Notes under the pieces: model-generated
Database searches by the model: none
What the model saw: only the letters and a program-made list of their open reading frames with translations
Told to the model about the DNA's origin: nothing
Sequence record: SRR20825006_2271
Reading direction: 5' to 3' (one strand)
DNA length: 64,000 nt
Translations under genes and position numbers: made by a program
In this document: one piece after another, positions 58,903 to 64,000 of the stretch
Layout of the letters: every line of letters begins with the position of its first letter
Numbering within the stretch: position 1 is the stretch's first letter

Positions 58903-59972
58903 GATCTCGCCTCCATAATACGCTTCATACTTACATCTTCGTAGTTTCGTTTAACAAAAGCTAAAGCCGTTTTTACGATTTGTCCCATAGACTTGGCCCG
59001 TTTAAATTTCATATCCATTGTGTAGTCGTACAACTGACTGCGTAATTCTTTCAGATTTTCTTCGGTAGAAATGTTATCGTGTGTCATGCATTTTAAAAGT
59101 CGGCGTAGTCTGTTTTTTGAAGTGATAATACGCTTTGCTAAAACCGCCCGTTCTTCCTCACGATATTGCTCAATAGATTTATCGCGTAGCCGGTTAGAAA
59201 CTAACTCAACCATTCTGAAGTTTTCCTTAAAAATGTGCGGCTTGTAGACTTTAAAATTTCCTTCGTAAGCTTGCTGGTCAAAATCTATAGCACGTATTTT
59301 ATATTTAATATGATCAAAGTCGTGGGTTGGGATCACGACATAATTATACGAGCGCATATCTCCCAATAACAAGATCATACAACGTTCATTAAACTTTACA
59401 AATTCTTTAGCCAACTGCGCTTTACCCACATCATCACATTCTTCGAGATAATCAGAAATAAAAACATCTCCGGGAATACCCACGATATGTTCTTCGATTA
59501 AAGTGTCTTTATAGACCAAAAAGTTAATACGGTTAGGTGATAAAATATGCTCGAGATCCAGTCCATAAATACGACTTGCATCAGCTTTTTTTACGTAGAA
59601 ATACGTGTAGTTATCATTAAAAATATTATTGACTTTTATACGGAAAGGCTTCGAGTTTCCAAACGTACAATAATCAATCGCTGTCACACTTAAAAAAGGA
59701 AGTACATTCTCGTTTCCGTCAGAATGTAAAATCGCATACACGCGCTTTAAGCTTTCTTCAATTTCTTTACGCTCATGTTCCGGGTAGTAGACACTGATCC
59801 ATAAAGTGTCTTTGTCATTTTTATCATATATATTTATTCCGCCGGAAAACCGCAAAAGGTCGTCATAAAAAACAGGTATTTGCGTCAAACGATTGTATTT
59901 GTTCAAATACTCTTCTAAGCGTTCTCCAATGGGATACGTAGGCTTTTTACGAGACATTAATTTATCTTCCAT
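58899..59972 (-). CDS. Hypothetical protein with atypical (PI3K/PI4K/HipA-like) kinase motifs
   Basis: Long clean ORF. SKPFRI..YFYVK, LIEEH, LLGDMRSYN, AIDFD. The function is inferred, not established. Confidence 0.6.
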   Translation of the reverse strand: MEDKLMSRKKPTYPIGERLEEYLNKYNRLTQIPVFYDDLLRFSGGINIYDKNDKDTLWISVYYPEHERKEIEESLKRVYAILHSDGNENVLPFLSVTAIDYCTFGNSKPFRIKVNNIFNDNYTYFYVKKADASRIYGLDLEHILSPNRINFLVYKDTLIEEHIVGIPGDVFISDYLEECDDVGKAQLAKEFVKFNERCMILLLGDMRSYNYVVIPTHDFDHIKYKIRAIDFDQQAYEGNFKVYKPHIFKENFRMVELVSNRLRDKSIEQYREEERAVLAKRIITSKNRLRRLLKCMTHDNISTEENLKELRSQLYDYTMDMKFKRAKSMGQIVKTALAFVKRNYEDVSMKRIMEARS

Positions 59973-60051
59973 AGCAGGCAATTTTGATGAATTTGATAAA
60001 GAAAATCTACTGATTTTCTAATGCGATTCTTGTGTAAAGGTACTAATGTGA

Positions 60052-60077
60052 TGTAACAAAACATAAGCTAAACCGTC
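60052..60077 (+). promoter_or_regulatory. Candidate ECF-sigma promoter for the ABC transporter
   Basis: TGTAAC-N16-CGTC. Confidence 0.55.
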
Positions 60078-60110
60078 TTGTTAGGGAACGTTAATTCTAA
60101 AAATACGCTT

Positions 60111-61010
60111 TTGGAAACAATTCTTACACTAAATAATCTCACCAAACATTACGGAAAGGTTAAAGCGGTAAACGATCTAAGTTTTACTATTGAAAAAGGC
60201 AATGTTTACGGCATTTTAGGCCCTAACGGAAGCGGGAAATCTACAACCTTAGGAATGGTCCTTAATGTGGTTAATGCAACTTCGGGAAACTTTAAATGGT
60301 TTGACGGAAGTGACACCACCCACAATGCGCTTAAAAAAGTAGGAGCGATCATCGAGCGTCCTAATTTTTACCCGTATATGACCGCTGCTCAAAATTTGGA
60401 GTTGGTGTGTACTATAAAAGATGTTGACACAAGTAAGATTGAAGAAAAGCTAGAGATCGTTCACCTTCTCGACCGTAAGGACAGTAAATTCAGTACATTT
60501 TCTTTGGGAATGAAGCAGCGTTTGGCCATTGCTTCAGCGCTTTTAAATGATCCTGAGATTTTAATTTTAGACGAACCAACAAATGGTCTAGACCCTCAGG
60601 GAATTCACCAAATACGAGAGATCATAAAGAACATCGCAAGTGGTGGTACCACGATTTTGCTCGCTTCACATTTACTGGATGAGGTTGAGAAAGTGTGTTC
60701 GCATGTGGTGATCATTAGAAAGGGAGTGAAACTGTATGCAGGGCCGGTAGATGAGTTGAACGCAAGTCACGGCTTCTTTGAACTGCGTTGTGAAAGGCAA
60801 ACTGAGCTTATTCAAGTTCTAGAACGTCACCAAGATTTTGCTTCGGTAAAAGAAGAAAACGGACTCGTAACCGCATTTTTGGAAAATCCGCTTACAGCCG
60901 AAGAACTCAATACGCTTCTTTTTACACAAGGCATTGTGCTTTCCCATTTAGTCAAGCGGAAAGAAAGTCTTGAAGAACAATTTTTACAACTTACTGCCAA
61001 CCTTAACTAA
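60111..61010 (+). CDS. ABC transporter ATP-binding subunit (BcrA/lantibiotic-resistance-like)
   Basis: GPNGSGKST, FSLGMKQRL, ILDEPTNGLDP, SHLL.EVE. Start assigned to TTG 60111. Confidence 0.92.
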   Translation: METILTLNNLTKHYGKVKAVNDLSFTIEKGNVYGILGPNGSGKSTTLGMVLNVVNATSGNFKWFDGSDTTHNALKKVGAIIERPNFYPYMTAAQNLELVCTIKDVDTSKIEEKLEIVHLLDRKDSKFSTFSLGMKQRLAIASALLNDPEILILDEPTNGLDPQGIHQIREIIKNIASGGTTILLASHLLDEVEKVCSHVVIIRKGVKLYAGPVDELNASHGFFELRCERQTELIQVLERHQDFASVKEENGLVTAFLENPLTAEELNTLLFTQGIVLSHLVKRKESLEEQFLQLTANLN

Positions 61011-61016
61011 GATTTT

Positions 61017-61847
61017 ATGCTACGATTACTCACTATAGAATTTTACAAATTAAAACACAGTCGCTCTTCAAAAGTACTGAGCATCGCCTATTTTGTGATC
61101 TTATCTTTTATTGCACTTATCGCTTCGATAGAATTTAATCTGGGCGATTTTCAGATTCGTATTGCAGATCAGGGGATTTTTAATTTCCCGTTTATCTGGC
61201 ATTTTAATACATGGGTTGCTGCTACACTTAAGTTTTTCCTGGCGATCGTGATCGTATCTATGATTTCTAATGAATATAGCAACAGAACGCTAAAGCAAAA
61301 TTTAATTGATGGCTTGAGCAAGAAAGAATTTATGCTGTCTAAGTTTTACACGGTGATCGCATTTGCTGCTTTATCTACGCTGTTCATTTTTGTGATGACA
61401 TTGATCTTGGGCTACTCGTTTTCTGATTATACTGAATTTAGCATCGTTACCCGAGAGATGGAATTTCTTCTTGCCTACTTCTTTAAATTGGTAGGGTTCT
61501 TTTCATTCTGCCTTTTCTTAGGTGTTTTAGTGAAACGTTCGGCGTTCGCGTTAGGCTTTTTATTTGTGTGGTGGATCTTCGAAAATATCTCTTACGGAAT
61601 TCTACGTTGGCAAATAAATGCTGAAACAGCAGATGCAATCGTGCAATTCTTTCCGCTGGAAGCGATGAAAAACCTGATCAATTTACCTTTTCAGCGTTTG
61701 AATTTTATTGAGACTGCCGCAAATCAATTACAGGCAGATATTCAAATAGATTACGCGGTGCATTGGTATGAAGTAGGTATTGTTTCAATATGGATTTTCT
61801 TGTTTATCTACGGCGCCTATAGGTTATTGATGAAACGTGATCTTTAG
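61017..61847 (+). CDS. ABC-2 type transporter permease
   Basis: E..KL N-terminus, EYSNRTLKQNLIDG, about six TM helices, C-terminal KRDL. Confidence 0.88.
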   Translation: MLRLLTIEFYKLKHSRSSKVLSIAYFVILSFIALIASIEFNLGDFQIRIADQGIFNFPFIWHFNTWVAATLKFFLAIVIVSMISNEYSNRTLKQNLIDGLSKKEFMLSKFYTVIAFAALSTLFIFVMTLILGYSFSDYTEFSIVTREMEFLLAYFFKLVGFFSFCLFLGVLVKRSAFALGFLFVWWIFENISYGILRWQINAETADAIVQFFPLEAMKNLINLPFQRLNFIETAANQLQADIQIDYAVHWYEVGIVSIWIFLFIYGAYRLLMKRDL

Positions 61848-61976
61848 AAATTAAAGCGTTCTTTAAAAGCATTTTCAGCTTAAACCGAAAAAATATAAGA
61901 TATATCGATAGTTCTTCGGTAAGCATTTTTAATACATTAAATTGTGCTCCTATTTAATTAATCAGGAATTTAGGTA

Positions 61977-64000
61977 ATGCGCCAACTTATACTTTTTGGA
62001 CTTATAGGACTGCTACTGGGGAGTGTTGCCCGATCTCAAGGACAAGCGAATAACTGGTATTTTGGCGGCGGTGCAGGTTTAAATTTTAGTTCCGGGACAC
62101 CAAGAGCATTAACTGATGGTAGCTTGTATACCTTAGAAGGCTGTGCATCTATTTCTGATGATGACGGAAACTTATTGTTTTATACCGATGGATCAACCGT
62201 TTATGGTAGCGATCACAGTATTTTACAAAATGGGACCGGTCTTTTTGGCAATTCTTCAAGCACGCAATCAGCACTTATAATACCGCAACCCGATACGCCG
62301 GGAATCTATTACATTTTTACTGTAGATGCCGTAACACGCGTAGGAGAGGTGCATCAAGGAGTTAATTATTCTATAGTCGATTTTACTGCAAATCCTGACG
62401 GAATAGTTAGAGATAAAAATACCCGACTTCTAAATTATGCTGCTGAAAAATTAAGTGCTGTGATTAAAAGCTGTGATGATAATAGTGTGTGGCTCGTTAC
62501 CTTATCATCGGCATCGGGTACGCAAACCACAGTTAATACGTTTTATGCTTACCAGCTAAGTTCAGCCGGGTTAAACACAACTGCGGTACGTTCTAATGCC
62601 GGTTTTAACTCCAATGATCCCAGAGGAAATTTGAAGTTTTCTCCAGATGGGACCAAGCTTGCGATTGCTAACGCTTCAGATGGTTTGTATTTAGCCGAAT
62701 TTGACTCAGAAAGTGGTCAAGTATTCAATACACAGCGCCTAACGATTAACGGAAGTAATTTTGCAGCCTATGGCGTTGAATTTTCACCCAATAATCAATA
62801 TTTATATTCAGCAAGTTCAAACAATGCTGATACTGAATTAGGAGCGGGAAATCATTTTTCCTCTTTAATTCAGTATGATCTAGAAGCTGCTAACATCAGT
62901 GGCAGTCAAGTTTCTTTAAATGAAAGCGGATATTTTAGAGGAAGTTTGCAACTCGCGCCTAACGGTAAAATTTATAGAGCGCTGAGCGCATCTTATACCG
63001 AAGGGCTCAACTATTTAGGAGCTATTGAAAATCCCAATGCAGCAGGGCTTGCGGCAAGTTATAATGATCGAGCAGTGAATTTAGGTAGTGGCATCAGTTA
63101 TCAAGGATTGCCGCCTTTTAACCAGTCATTGTTCAATGAATTGGATATCATTCAAAATGACCTTAGTTCAACAGAATTATCGCTTTGTGATGGTGATAAT
63201 TACGTTTTGGGTTATGATCCGGTTTCAGGAGCATCGTATTCTTGGTATCGCGATGACGTGCTGATTCCGGGAGCGACAAACAATCAGCTGTCTATACGAC
63301 AGCCGGTCGCAGCAAGCTTACCGTATACAGAAACTTATGAATTTCGTTTAGACCCTAATGATGGTAGTTGTGAAAAAGTAGGGGTAGCAGAAGTTACGTA
63401 CTATGCGTATCCGCCAACAGTCTCTGGGGTTTCATTGATACAATGCGAAGATGCTGCTACCGCAGATGGTTTAAGCATATTTAACCTTACCGAAGTTGAA
63501 AGCACGCTTACCGGTGGCGATACCACTTTTGAAGTAGCTTACTACCAGACGATTGCAGATGCGAACACTAGCAGCAATCCGATTGATCCCATAGGTTATG
63601 AGAATACCACGCCCGTTGAAACCGTTTATGCACGGATCACCAATCCGGCTGGTTGTTCAATCATCAATACAATTGACTTACAAGTTAGTAGTACTACCGC
63701 AAACACTGCACTTCTTGAGGGTTGTGATTTAAATGATACCGGCTTTGCCGAGTTTGATCTTTCTCAGGCAGATGCACAAGTTTTAGGGGGACTAACCGGC
63801 AGCTATGATGTTCATTATTATCCCACAGAAGAAGCAGCTTTGCTTGAAGATTCAGCTTTAGAGCTTCCACAATTGTATACCAATCAAACAGCATATAATG
63901 AAACTGTTTTTGCACGCGTGGAGAACAATAATGCGTGTTTTGCTATTAGCACGGTAGAGTTGAACCTAATACCTCGACCTGATTTTTCATTAGCTGCTGA
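61977..64000 (+). CDS. Large secreted T9SS-cargo-like/adhesin protein, truncated by the window end; absent from the ORF track
   Basis: Hand translation MRQLILFGLIGLLLGSVARSQGQANNWYFGGGAGLNF...EGCASISDDDGNLLFYTDG..., later repeats such as C..DGLSIFNLT...YY...DA...YARI. The frame is still open at base 64000. Confidence 0.85.
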   Translation, partial: MRQLILFGLIGLLLGSVARSQGQANNWYFGGGAGLNFSSGTPRALTDGSLYTLEGCASISDDDGNLLFYTDGSTVYGSDHSILQNGTGLFGNSSSTQSALIIPQPDTPGIYYIFTVDAVTRVGEVHQGVNYSIVDFTANPDGIVRDKNTRLLNYAAEKLSAVIKSCDDNSVWLVTLSSASGTQTTVNTFYAYQLSSAGLNTTAVRSNAGFNSNDPRGNLKFSPDGTKLAIANASDGLYLAEFDSESGQVFNTQRLTINGSNFAAYGVEFSPNNQYLYSASSNNADTELGAGNHFSSLIQYDLEAANISGSQVSLNESGYFRGSLQLAPNGKIYRALSASYTEGLNYLGAIENPNAAGLAASYNDRAVNLGSGISYQGLPPFNQSLFNELDIIQNDLSSTELSLCDGDNYVLGYDPVSGASYSWYRDDVLIPGATNNQLSIRQPVAASLPYTETYEFRLDPNDGSCEKVGVAEVTYYAYPPTVSGVSLIQCEDAATADGLSIFNLTEVESTLTGGDTTFEVAYYQTIADANTSSNPIDPIGYENTTPVETVYARITNPAGCSIINTIDLQVSSTTANTALLEGCDLNDTGFAEFDLSQADAQVLGGLTGSYDVHYYPTEEAALLEDSALELPQLYTNQTAYNETVFARVENNNACFAISTVELNLIPRPDFSLAA

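Noticed and set aside
63694-63915. 73-aa minus-strand ORF
   Set aside because: Antisense shadow of the large plus-strand gene starting at 61977.
1-64000. tRNA, rRNA, CRISPR arrays, integrases, transposases, prophage or defence genes
   Set aside because: None recognised; intergenic gaps are short (under about 250 bp) and mostly explained by promoters and terminators. A covariance-model scan was not possible.

Overview
Bacteroidota (Flavobacteriaceae-like) chromosomal window, judged from TAnnTTTG promoter boxes, a SusC/SusD pair, many lipoprotein signals and a T9SS-cargo-like gene. In order: 3' end of a 2-oxoacid dehydrogenase E2 gene; a stand-alone BLUF photoreceptor; a DnaQ-like exonuclease-FAH-Hpt-cinA operon; rpmB-rpmG-DUF4295 and ftsY; amidase, serine hydrolase, rimO; M16 and M14 peptidases with MscS; bshC; a CarH/LitR-type (B12 photoreceptor) carotenoid operon (crtI-crtB-crtZ-DUF2071); a ~25 kb arabinan/arabinose PUL (NrtR-family AraR, SusC/D, FG-GAP/ASPIC lipoprotein, 2x GH51, 3x GH43, GH146/127, araB-araD-SSS transporter-araA-mutarotase); YdeI, M1 and M28 peptidases; fused otsAB divergent from a GH15; an AT-rich SGNH esterase; a hypothetical protein with PI3K/HipA-like kinase motifs; an ABC exporter; and a truncated T9SS-type adhesin missed by the ORF track. 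I saw no rRNA, tRNA, CRISPR array or transposase. The most notable observations are (i) the unannotated kinase-like protein at 58899-59972, (ii) a two-copy, bipartite, hairpin-ended intergenic element at 463-575 and 53894-53950, (iii) two clear AraR-type operators, (iv) the double-propeller lipoprotein after susD, and (v) a possible attenuator in front of bshC. All family calls are from motif recognition by eye, not database searches.
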